The position numbers and the translations under genes are program-made. A stretch of DNA of 64,000 nucleotides. It comes from Eledone cirrhosa (lineage: Eukaryota). Each line of letters starts with the position of its first letter. The first letter of the stretch is position 1. Below, in pieces: positions 1 through 10,989 of this stretch. Below the pieces are notes generated by a model that did not search any database, was not told where the DNA came from, and saw nothing but the letters and a program-made list of their open reading frames with translations. The DNA is taken from the NCBI GenBank assembly GCA_964016885.1, contig OZ024757.1, positions 26,598,001 through 26,662,000 on the forward strand. The letters run 5' to 3'.

Positions 1-635
1 CTGCCATGATAAAATACACCCTGTACACTCTGTAAAGTGGTAGTGCTGCTGCTGCCATGATAAAATACACCCAGTACACTCTGTAAAGTAGTAGTGCTGC
101 TGCCATGATAAAATACACCCAGTACACTCTGTAAAGTGGTATATAGTAGCACTAGTACTAAGGTGGTTGTTATATTTTACTATAGTTGAAGACACTTGCC
201 CAAGGTACCACATAGTGGGAGGGAACAGCCACATGATTTCAGGTTCTATCCTACCACCTCCACCAACACTACCACCTCCACCATCATTACCACCTCCACC
301 ATCACTACCACCTCCACCATCATTACCACCTCCACCATCACTACCACCTCCACCAACACTACCACCTCCACCATCATTACCACCTCTACTCACCATCCAA
401 CGCTCCACCATCACTACCACCTCTACTCACCATCCAACGCTCCACCATCACTACCACCTCTACTCACCATCCAACTCTCCACCATCACTACCACCTCTAC
501 TCACCATCCAACGCTCCACCATCACTACCACCTCTACTCACCATCCACTTCACTATCCACCCAACCTCCCACACCTCACTGTCACACAGCCCCACCCACT
601 CACCACAGTTCCATTATTTCATTCCCTCCCTACAG

Positions 636-803
636 AACGGCAACATTATGGACGGCCTGTGTTTATGGAAGCGTTACATTGACAAGAAGTTTGAAGGTGT
701 TGAGGAGTGTACCATCTGCTACTGTGTTGTCCATGGCACTGACTACCATCTGCCACAGAAAGAATGCAAAACATGCCACAAGAAATTCCATTCTATTTGT
801 CTG
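636..803 (+). CDS. LTN1: Penultimate coding exon of E3 ubiquitin ligase Listerin (RING domain, first part)
   Basis: tacag|AAC...CTG|gtgagt, 168 nt, phase 0/0. Translates [56 protein letters not shown], matching the conserved Listerin C-terminus (W..N/Y.DK.FEGVE.C.IC...H....LP...C.TC..KFH..CL). Confidence 0.95.
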
Positions 804-849
804 GTGAGTCCTGTGTTCATTTACTGAACTTTTTAAACTATTTTAATAA

Positions 850-1258
850 TAATGAAATTATTGTGTAAAGTGCTCAGGTGCACTACAACTCGTCAATATA
901 GTACATAGAATAATACACAAATGTCAGGGAAGTGAATAGTGTATGAGTCATGGTATACATGTGTGTATGTGTATGGAGGGGGAACATTAGCTGTAGTGTT
1001 GGCGGATCTCGGGAAGCATGGAGGCCTTAAAGGATGCAGTGTCTCGACAGCTAACAACTGATGCAGGTAGTTTGTTCCATGCTTCAGCAACTCTGAGCGT
1101 GAAAAAATGTTTCCGAAAGTCATAGGAACTGTGCTGTTTTCTTACTTTGTGGGCATGTCCATGTGTGTTAGACACATGGAAATCAAAAAGGTACTCAGGG
1201 TTGTTGTTGGCAACATGGTTAACAATTTTGTGCGTGTTTACCAAGTCAGTTGCCAGTT
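850..1258 (-). mobile_element. CR1-clade LINE 3' fragment in the LTN1 intron
   Basis: NTHGHAHKVRKQHSSYDFRKHFFTLRVAEAWNKLPASVV is the typical CR1 ORF2 C-terminus. The same family occurs near 23150, 30665 and 35580. Confidence 0.85.
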
Positions 1259-1300
1259 AGGTGTATTTCTAATGAGGGACACTCTCTCATCTTAATCATC

Positions 1301-2481
1301 TTTCAGTGTGTATACATAGATATATGACTGCGTTTCAGTGTGTATGTGTAGATATATGACTGCGTTTCAGTGTGTATACATAGATATATGACTGCGTTTC
1401 AGTGTGTATACATAGATATATGACTGCGTTTCAGTGTGTATACATAGATATATGACTGCGTTTCAGTGTGTATGTGTAGATATATGACTGCGTTTCAGTG
1501 TGTATACATAGATATATGACTGTGTTTCAGTGTGTATACATAGATATATGACTGCGTTTCAGTGTGTATATATAGATATATGACTGCGTTTCAGTGTGTA
1601 TGTGTAGATATATGACTGCATTTCAGTGTGTATATATAGATATATGACTGCATTTCAGTGTGTATACATAGATATATGACTGCGTTTCAGTGTGTATATA
1701 TAGATATATCACTGCGTTTCAGTGTGTATACATAGATATATGACTGCATTTCAGTGTGTATACATAGATATATGACTATGTTTCAGTGTGGAAATATAGA
1801 TATATGACTGTTTCAGTGTGTATATATAGATATATGACTGCATTTCAGTGTGTATACATAGATATATGACTGCATTTCAGTGTGTATACATAGATATATG
1901 ACTGCGTTTCAGTGTGTATACATAGATATATGACTGCGTTTCAGTGTGTATACATAGATATATGACTGCATTTCTGTGTGTATACATAGATATATGACTG
2001 CATTTCAGTGTGTATACATAGATATACGACTACATTTCTGTGTGTATACATAGATATATGACTGCGTTTCAGTGTGTATATATAGATATATGACTGCGTT
2101 TCAGTGTGTATATATAGATATATCACTGCGTTTCAGTGTGTATACATAGATATATGACTATGTTTCAGTTTGTATATATAGATATATGACTGTTTCAGTG
2201 TGTATATATAGATATATGACTGCGTTTCAGTGTGTATACATAGATATATGACTATGTTTCAGTGTGTATACATAGATATATGACTGCATTTCAGTGTGTA
2301 TACATAGATATATGACTGCATTTCAGTGTGTATACATAGATATATGACTGTGTTTCAGTGTGTATACATAGATATATGACTGCGTTTCAGTGTGTATACA
2401 TAGATATATGACTGCATTTCTGTGTGCATGTATGGATGTCTGTTTGTGTATGTATGGATATATGACTGCGTTTCAGTGTGA
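1301..2481. repeat. 32-bp minisatellite (TTTCAGTGTGTATACATAGATATATGACTGCG)n
   Basis: Period 32 (1301, 1333, ...), over 30 near-identical units, inside the last LTN1 intron. Confidence 0.95.
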
Positions 2482-3000
2482 CACTCTTTTATACATATCC
2501 ACACGCAAGCACATTTTTGTATACATAGACTCAAACACACTTATATATGTCTTTAGAAGCATCCCAAACTATAATGATCCCCAGAAGACAGTCGATGAGC
2601 AGGAATATTCAATGTGCTTTGTCTCTTTCAAGTTTTATGTTGCCTGTATTTGTCCCACATGTTTTTTTAATGACACACACACACACATATATATATATAA
2701 CGAAGGAAATGTGGTAAGGAACCAGGTGGACCATAACCCACCAAAGTACTCAATACTTAGGGTAGTAGAGTGGGTAATAGGAACGAGTAGTCCAGAATTA
2801 GCCGTCGAAACGGCTTGAGCTCAGCCGTCGGGGTCCTACTCATTCCTATATATATATATACTCACACATATTCAAACAAACTTTTATATACACACTTTCA
2901 AAGAAGCCTACCCATTGAAACTCTCTTTTTCTATTTCTTCCTTCCCCATTCTAATATTTTTATAATGTTTTGAAAATGCCTTTTCTCTTCTGTGTTTCAG

Positions 3001-3075
3001 TACAAGTGGTTCACTGAAAGTCAGAACTCCAGTTGTCCACTGTGCCGCACAGCATTTGTTCTGCAACGGCACTAA
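3001..3075 (+). CDS. LTN1: Last coding exon of Listerin (end of RING, stop codon)
   Basis: Polypyrimidine tract + tttcag|TAC. Translates YKWFTESQNSSCPLCRTAFVLQRH*, the Listerin terminal YKWF....S.CPLCR motif; phase matches the preceding exon. Confidence 0.95.
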   Translation, partial: YKWFTESQNSSCPLCRTAFVLQRH

Positions 3076-3230
3076 ACACGACGCCAGACCTTTTAAAACC
3101 AACCACCACCAACACTACCAATTGTAACACACCTGATCTAGTGAACACTTGATCAGTGACCATTTAATGATAGCTGTACATTTGATGCTTAGAGATCTTG
3201 AACGAAACACTCAATACCATAAACATGTGA

Positions 3231-3735
3231 ACAAGTTGAATTGAAACACACTTGATACTGTGAACATGTATGTAAACAAGTTGAATTAAACCAGTCTTGA
3301 TACTGTGAACATGTATGTAAACAAGTTGAATTGAACCACACTTGATACTGTGAACATGTATGTAAACAAGTTGAATTAAACCAGTCTTGATACTGTGAAC
3401 ATGTATGTAAACAAGTTGAATTAAACCAGTCTTGATACTGTGAACATGTATGTAAACAAGTTGAATTAAACCAGTCTTGATACTGTGAACATGTATGTAA
3501 ACAAGTTGAATTAAACCAGTCTTGATACTGTGAACATGTATGTAAACAAGTTGAATTAAACCAGTCTTGATACTGTGAACATGTATGTAAACAAGTTGAA
3601 TTAAACCAGTCTTGATACTGTGAACATGTATGTAAACAAGTTGAATTAAACCAGTCTTGATATTGTGAACATGTATGTAAACAAGTTGAATTAAACCAGT
3701 CTTGATACTGTGAACATGTATGTAAACAAGTTGAT
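3231..3735. repeat. 45-bp minisatellite, about 11 units, just downstream of the LTN1 stop
   Basis: Unit ACAAGTTGAATTAAACCAGTCTTGATACTGTGAACATGTATGTAA; diverged shorter relatives continue at about 3990-4295. Confidence 0.95.
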
Positions 3736-4455
3736 CCCTTGATCTTCTGAGGATGTAGACAACTTGAACCATTGATACTGTGATTATATAGACATCATCA
3801 TCATGATAAATTAACATCTATTTTCCATGGGTTTAGACAGGCTGACACGTTATGAGGCCAGACCAGTCAGGTGAACATGTCTTGCTCATACATTCTAGTT
3901 TTCTATGATTGGACGTCCTTTGTAATGCTAACCACTTTACAGCATATACTAGGAACATTTATCGTTATCCCAGCACCATCACCTTGCAGGATTGAACTAA
4001 ACCCCTTAATACTGTGACCATGTAGACAAGTTGATTCCATGGTATTGTGAACATGTTGACAGGTTGAACTCTTGATACTTTGAACATGTAAACAAGTTCA
4101 ACTGGTCTTTGATACTGTAAACGTGTAGAAAAGTTGAACTGATCCCTTGATACTGTGAACATAGAGACAAGTTGATCCCTTGATGCTATGATCATGTAAA
4201 CAAGTTCAAGTAAACCACCCTTGATACTGTGAACATGTAGACAAGTTGATCCCTTGATACTGTGAACATGTGGAACCACCCTTGATACTGTGAAGATTTA
4301 ATGTGGCTAAGGAATCACTGCAACGGACCATCAAAGTTCAAGTTGTATTTGGTCCCAAATTAATTTTCTTCATCATATTTGTAAGAAAACTTGACTGAAT
4401 ATTGATTGACTATTATAATTTGGTGAACAGGTATGTTTTTGTCTTTGTTTCATTG

Positions 4456-4492
<37 letters not shown>

Positions 4493-4859
4493 ATATATAT
4501 ATAGTAATTATAATAAATGCTAAGACTAAAATCCAAAGAGTTAAGGGTGAAAGCAGCGTTTCTTTGCTTAAACTTTAATCTGTTATTTTAATAAATATAT
4601 ATATATATATATATAAATGAAAATAGAGAAATTAATGTGAGCAAGAAGCCAACAGTAATTCATACATATAAGTGACTATTACGTCAAGATGGAAAATATT
4701 TAACGTAAGATATGGGAAAATAATTCAATCTCAATTCAAAAACAGTCAAGACAGAAATTTTGTCCACAGATTTTGTGTAATCCAGGGAAAAAAACCAATA
4801 GAGTCTTAACTCAGAATAAAATTAAGGGTAAATACTTATCCTTCAATTTGGAAAAATCT

Positions 4860-4943
<84 letters not shown>

Positions 4944-6108
4944 GGAACGAGTAGGACCCCGACGGCTGAGCTCAAGCCGTTTCGACGGCTAATTCTGGAC
5001 TTACATGTTTGTGTGTATATAGACATGTGAAATAGAGAAATTTAAGACATTTCATTTCTCTACCATGTTTCAACATATGTATAATGGAGTTTGAGGGCAA
5101 TTAAATTGTCTTAATTTCATCTTGTTTTTCCATTATTAATTAAGTGATCTGTGAAGTTATATCTGCTGGATGTCTTGCTTTCCCTCTACACCTTTATGTA
5201 CCCAAGACTTGCATTGTGTACATAATATAGAATTTCTACCTATTCCTTTTCTACATATCAAGCAGGGCCTCTTCCACCGGTGAGATCATGGCCCTGTCTT
5301 CTTTCCTACTTATTAACACTTTAGTTTTTCTCAGCCAAATTTATTCTCTAGATTCAGCTATAACAGTCAGATCACCAGCATGCAGAAGTTCCCATGGACA
5401 GTCAGTCTTAAACTCCTCCACACTTGCTCTCACAGTGTTGCTGCCATAACAAAAAGCATTTAGCCCACACTGTAAACTGGCTGTGTAAAAGACACGGTAA
5501 AGAGCACCCAGCACACACTGTAAATGTGGTTGGCGCTAGGAAGGGCATTCAGCCATAGAAAACTAACCAGAAACAGTTCTATATAAGCAAGACACGGTCA
5601 CCCGACCAACCTTGCCTCAAAAGGGACAACTCCCGTCTAACCCATGCCAGCATGGAAGATAGATGTTAAACGATCGAGGTGATGGTATATATATATATAT
5701 ATCATCTTCGTTTAACGTCCATCTTCCACGCTAGCATGGGTTAGACGGGAGTTGCCCCTTTTGAGGCAAGGTTGGTCGGGTGACCGTGTCTCACTCATAT
5801 AGGACTATCTGGCAGGTTTTCTACGGCTGGATGCTCTTCCTAACACCAACCACATTTACAGTATAGAACTCGGAACTTTTTACCGTGTTACCTACATGAC
5901 CACATTACACGATTTCGATCTCATTATCTCATTTATTTGGACTGGATGTTGTGGTACCAACTTTACAGAGAGAGGGTGGTGTTGGTGGGAGTGGGAGGAT
6001 AGGGTAGGGGTAGTGGATTGGGGTGTATATTTGGTTAAGAGGTGCCTGCTGACTGTAGGTTTCACTTTGTACATAGGCAAGGCGGGTCTTCTGTATTACT
6101 GTGTAGCG

Positions 6109-7140
6109 CTAAAGATCTCGGTCCAGTGACATTGTCTTAGAGAGGTGCAAGTGTGTAAGGTCAGAATTTATCAGATCGTCCCAAGTTTTTCTGGGTCTAC
6201 TTACTCCGTAACTACCATCAATTTTGATCGCCCTGCACTTTTTTATGCAGCTGTCGTTTTTCATGCGCATCACGTGGCCATACCAACGTAGTCTTCTCTC
6301 AATAAACAGCATCTGATCCCTCTTATTCCAAATTTCTCAATTAGTTCATTTACGTTTTGCCGTTCACGTATATTACTATTACACATCCAACAAAGTATGC
6401 ATGCTTCGTTCCTTTCCAGTCTGCACAGGTCCTCTGCACGTAATGCCCATGTCTCACTGCCATGTAGCATTGTTGTTCATATACAGGCATCATACAATCT
6501 GCCTTTCATTTTTAGAGAGAAACCTTTTGTGGCCAACAGCGGTATAAGCTCTCTGAACTTTTTCCATCCCGTTCTGACTCTGGCTACTGTACTTTCAGAA
6601 CACCCTCCACCACTGCTGATTTTGTCACCCAGGTAACGGAAAGTGTCCACTATTTCTATAGAACCATCTGGGCAATAGAAGGAGCTAGTATCCTGTGGAC
6701 ACTTGCTACTTATTGCACCTGAGCATCGGCCACATATAAAGTCTATGTTCTTAGTTAGTTTACCTGTGATCCCACTACATCTTTTATGTACCCATACTTT
6801 GCATTTGGGACATAAAATGGAATTTCTGCCTACTCCTTTCCTACACACTGAACATGGCCATTTCCTTGAGGGCACATGTGCCATATTTTCCTTTCTACAA
6901 ACTAGAACTTTAGTCTTAGACATGTTAACTTTAAGGCCTTTTGATTCTAGGCCATGCTTCCATGTTTGGAATTTCTTCTCTAGTTCAGCCATTGATTCAG
7001 CTCTGAGCGTTAGATCATCTGCGTATAGGAGATCCCATGGGCAGCCGGTCTTGAACTCCTCTGTTATAGCCTGAAGGGCAATAATAAATAGGAGGGGGCT
7101 AAGGACAGTGCCTTGATGAACACCAACTTTTACACTAAAT
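6109..7140 (-). mobile_element. RTE-clade LINE ORF2 fragment (RT C-terminal part with PHD-like finger), frameshifted
   Basis: GVHQGTVLSPLLF, LLYADDL, CSVC...CPKC..WVHKRCSG...CGRC, FRYLG, MLHGSETW, RRLRWYGHVMRM. Confidence 0.92.
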
Positions 7141-7836
7141 ATATATATATATATATATATAAGAACAGAGGACAGGAAATAACAAGGCCTCAAAATAAAG
7201 AAACTGGGTTATTTCTCAGACTACAAACTTCAATTTTTAATCAATGGAATGAAAATCAGAAAGAATACTCATTATAAAACAGGGTTAAAATATTGTATTT
7301 CTAATTGTTATATTCTATAGTGCCATATTATGATGATGTGTGTATATATCTCTATATATACACACATATCATCATAATATATATATATATATAGAAATAA
7401 TAAATGTGAAGACTAAAATCCGAAGAGGGCTTGATGAGGATTATACATCAAAATATATGAATATATTTATATTCATGAATATGTATATATATGTCTATAT
7501 ATCCACCTTTGTCTCCTTATGACCAAAATTGAGAACTGATGTAACCATCCATCTATATATACAGAACACAACAAAGATGAATATAAATATCAGTTTAATT
7601 AACCGTGACTGAAGAGACTAAGTTGGAGGTGAATAACGTATCACAATGTGGTGTCCCAGATGAATGATTTAAGATAATAAAATTAGAAAAAAATGTTTTT
7701 TAATTCCATTTTTAAATATCTTTTGTCGTTTCCAACCTCCTAGACATTCTTGTTTGTTCTATGTAAAGTTATGTTGGTGCCACACCATCCAGGCCGAAAC
7801 AAATGAGATCGTGTAGGTGTCACGACAAAAAAACAC

Positions 7837-8172
7837 ACAGTCCACGCTGTAATGTGGCCGTGTAGGCAACACGGTAAAAACCTCCCAGACCCACACTGTA
7901 AATGTGGTTGGTGTTAGGAAGGGCATCCAACTGTAGAAAACCCGCCAGACAGTCCACGCTGTAATGTGGCCGTGTAGGCAACACGGTAAAAACCTCCCAG
8001 ACCCACACTGTAAATGTGGTTGGTGTTAGGAAGGGCATCCAGCTGTAGAAAACCCGCCAGACAGTCCACGCTGTAATGTGGCCGTGTAGGCAACACGGTA
8101 AAAACCTCCCAGACCCACACTGTAAATGTGGTTGGTGTTAGGAAGGGCATCCAACTGTAGAAAACCTGCCAG
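7837..8172. repeat. 112-bp x3 tandem triplication inside a SINE-like interspersed repeat
   Basis: ACAGTCCACGCTGTAATG... recurs at 7837, 7949 and 8061; a single-unit version lies at about 37310-37430. Confidence 0.9.
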
Positions 8173-8392
8173 ACAGTCCTATGCGAGCAAGACAATCACT
8201 CTTGCCTCAAGTGGGACTACCCCCGTCCAAACCCATGCAAACGTGGAACACGGACGTTAAACGTTGATGATGATGATAACAGCTGGAGCTCAGCACACTA
8301 CACACTACTGGTTTAGTTCGGATTTAGCTGGAGCTCAGCTGTCGGAGTCCTGACTCTTTTCCAATATATATATATGTATATATATATATATA

Positions 8393-8786
8393 CAAGGGCA
8401 ATCCTAAAAGTAAGGTCTCCTTCCGATATTGCAACTTTTCCATTAAAATCCTGTGGATGGTGCTTTGGGAAACCTCAGGAACCAAAATGCAGAGAGCATC
8501 CCGAGTGATCCGCCGATCTTTACGCATGTTTTCCTTGGAAGGAGACCTTACTTTTGGGATTGCCCTCGTATATAATAACTGTGCGAAATTCGCACTTGGC
8601 AGTAGCGTTCAACGGGAGCTCCATTCTCAACGGCTGCCAAGCCAAGATTGAGCATCCCAGTGAAGCGAGCGCATGCTTATTTGGGAGTGAAGGAAGCACC
8701 AATCACAACAGTGTTGCCAACAGCCGTACGAACAGTTTCTCTGCATTCCCATCGCTTTGGAGACCTTACTTTTGGGATTACCCTCG
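8393..8786 (-). mobile_element. 394-bp non-autonomous mariner-derived element with three TIR copies
   Basis: TIR CGAGGG(C/T)AATCCCAAAAGTAAGGTCTCC at both ends and once internally; TA flanks; internal RKDRRITRDALC...SQSTIHRIL.EKL resembles a mariner HTH. Confidence 0.85.
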
Positions 8787-8852
8787 TATATATATATGTA
8801 TGTATGTCAGGTCGCTTTTCAGCGCTACTGGTAACACATGCATGTAACCCAG

Positions 8853-10954
8853 TACAACCTGTGCATGATCAGGTCGTCGGCGATTAAACCATCAACCCCA
8901 CCAAGCTTGCTTGGTTAGGAGGGTGACTTTTTGGACACCCTGCGGTATGAAAAACAAAACCTGTCAAAGGGCAGAGGAACTCAGAAGAGTAAACAACCAT
9001 CCATTAGTGTTGTTGTTTTTTGTTTATCTAGAGACTCCTAGTCTTCATTAAGACATCTCTCTAGGAGAGGCTCTTTCTGGTATAAAACCTGCCACTTTGT
9101 TTGCATCCAAGGATGTAGACCAGTTCTTCTTTTTGGATAAATGCATTCAATGTTCAGAGAGTGGGATTGGCCCCATGCAAAGGCTTTCCTTACTTAAAAA
9201 AACTTCATGCACAGGCATCGCTTGATATGTGACATATTTTGCGATGCATGGTATTGCTGGTCATAGGCAAGTCCCGAGCAGGATTAAAAGCCAGATCTGT
9301 GATACTCATGCTTAAGTATCAAGCTATGGCATTACTCAAAATAGAGTTGCAACTATCATTATATATATGTATGTAATATATATCACACCTAATTGCAGCA
9401 GTACAATCATACATTGCTACGAGGGCAAAGATGATGCTTTAGAAAAGATCAACTATATAGGAATGAAACTAATGGACCAATTTATGAAAGTAATAGTTAT
9501 AGCACAGCTATAGTAAACTTAATGAAGTGATTTTCAGAAGGGCATCCCTCCAAATAAAGGGTCAAAAGGACTCTCCTGCTGTATCTAAGACATGATAACC
9601 TCATTAGTGCTGGTGTCCTGATAAAAATGCACTCAGTAATAGTGCTGTAGCATCGCCAGATTTGTTAGAATATGTTGTAGCATGGCGTGATTTTTTAGAT
9701 TGTGCTGCAGCATGTTGTATGGTGTTAATGTAGCGTAGGCAGGCATTTTAGGTTGTGCTGCAGCATGGCCTGTCTGTTTTTGCTGTGCTGCAGAATGGTC
9801 TGGCTGTTTAGATGGTGCTGTAGCACGGCCAGGTTTGTTAGAATATGTTGTAGCATGGCCTGATTTTTTAGATGGTGCTGTAGCATGCCCTGACTTGTTA
9901 GAAGGTGTTGTATCATGGCCAGGTTTGTTAGAATATATCGTAGCATGGCCTGGCTTGTATGGTGATGATGTAGCTTAGGTTGTGCTGTAGCATGGCCTGT
10001 CCGTGTTTGCTGTGCTGCAACATCGTCTGGCTGGGTGCCGTGGCACGGCCAGGATACTTGGAACACGAATTCCTAAAATTTCGCGCATGCGCATTCAACT
10101 CCATCCAACCCAAGAAGAAAAGCAAATGGTCGTCAGTTTGTAGAACTTTTCAAGCTCTACAAAAACGCTTGCTAAATGGTTTAAAAAGAGGCATTTGCAG
10201 TTTTCTGAAAGGTAACGTAGATTTTTTTATATTACGAGATATTTTGGTAAATCTTTCCTTCTTAGTTCCCTCCATTATCAACCATTTTAACAGTAGTCTT
10301 TCTCTTCTTACCGTATTTCTTATGAAATACACAGACCACGTGTTCCAATTCATGTTGAAAATAAACAATAAAATGTAGGAATTTAATAATAAAATTCAGC
10401 ATGTTTCTATTTTAATCACAAAAAATATTATCTAGTGTAGATTTTTTTAAAACTTCCTAGTTTTCCCTGTAGCAGCTCTGTTGTCTTTAGCAAATATTTC
10501 TATGTATTTAAAACATATTTGTTATGTTATTCTACTGTAAATTTATTTATATGCTCTGTTTATATTTTCATTTTGAAGGAACTTCCCCACTTGTGTCGAT
10601 ATGTGATTTTATGACTTTCCTCTAAGCATTGTGTCATTATATATGTTATAAACGTGAATAAAATTTATATATTTAAAAGCTTTCAAGATTGAGATGAAAG
10701 ATCGTAAATTGTTGATTCAATTCTTTAGCAGTGCTAAATATTTTCTGAAACTGTTGTAAATTCATTTTGTATTCTGGGACAGCTTCTACGAGTGTGTGTC
10801 TCCTATGAAGTTTTCTCTGGTGTTTTAACGATAGTGTCCACAACCCAATTACCCCAATCCCCGCCCACATATTCCTGAAAGGGTCATGGAAGCATACTCG
10901 TCAAACACTTCTTCCAACAGGTCCAAGAGTCATTTTACACCCTGATAAAATGTG

Positions 10955-10989
<35 letters not shown>

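Noticed and set aside
167-630. Pro-rich or Thr-rich ORFs (also 41383-42062, 42437-42770, 54422-54844)
   Set aside because: Translations of CAC/CAT/GAT-type simple repeats; the real exon here is 636-803 in another frame.
8853-9000. Possible HDV-like ribozyme in a LINE 5'-UTR-like segment
   Set aside because: I could not assign the nested double-pseudoknot pairings by eye.
9725-10066. ORF with QAMLQHHL decapeptide repeats (also 12557-13168)
   Set aside because: Derived from a ~30-bp tandem repeat; the reading frame is not preserved between duplicate copies.
10087-10210. RIQLHPTQEEKQ...KTLAKWF resembles the N-terminal 'IRLYPT..Q...L..WF' motif of TnpB/Fanzor
   Set aside because: There is an in-frame stop, the spacing is wrong, and no R..YN, RuvC or zinc-finger motifs follow in any of the three copies.
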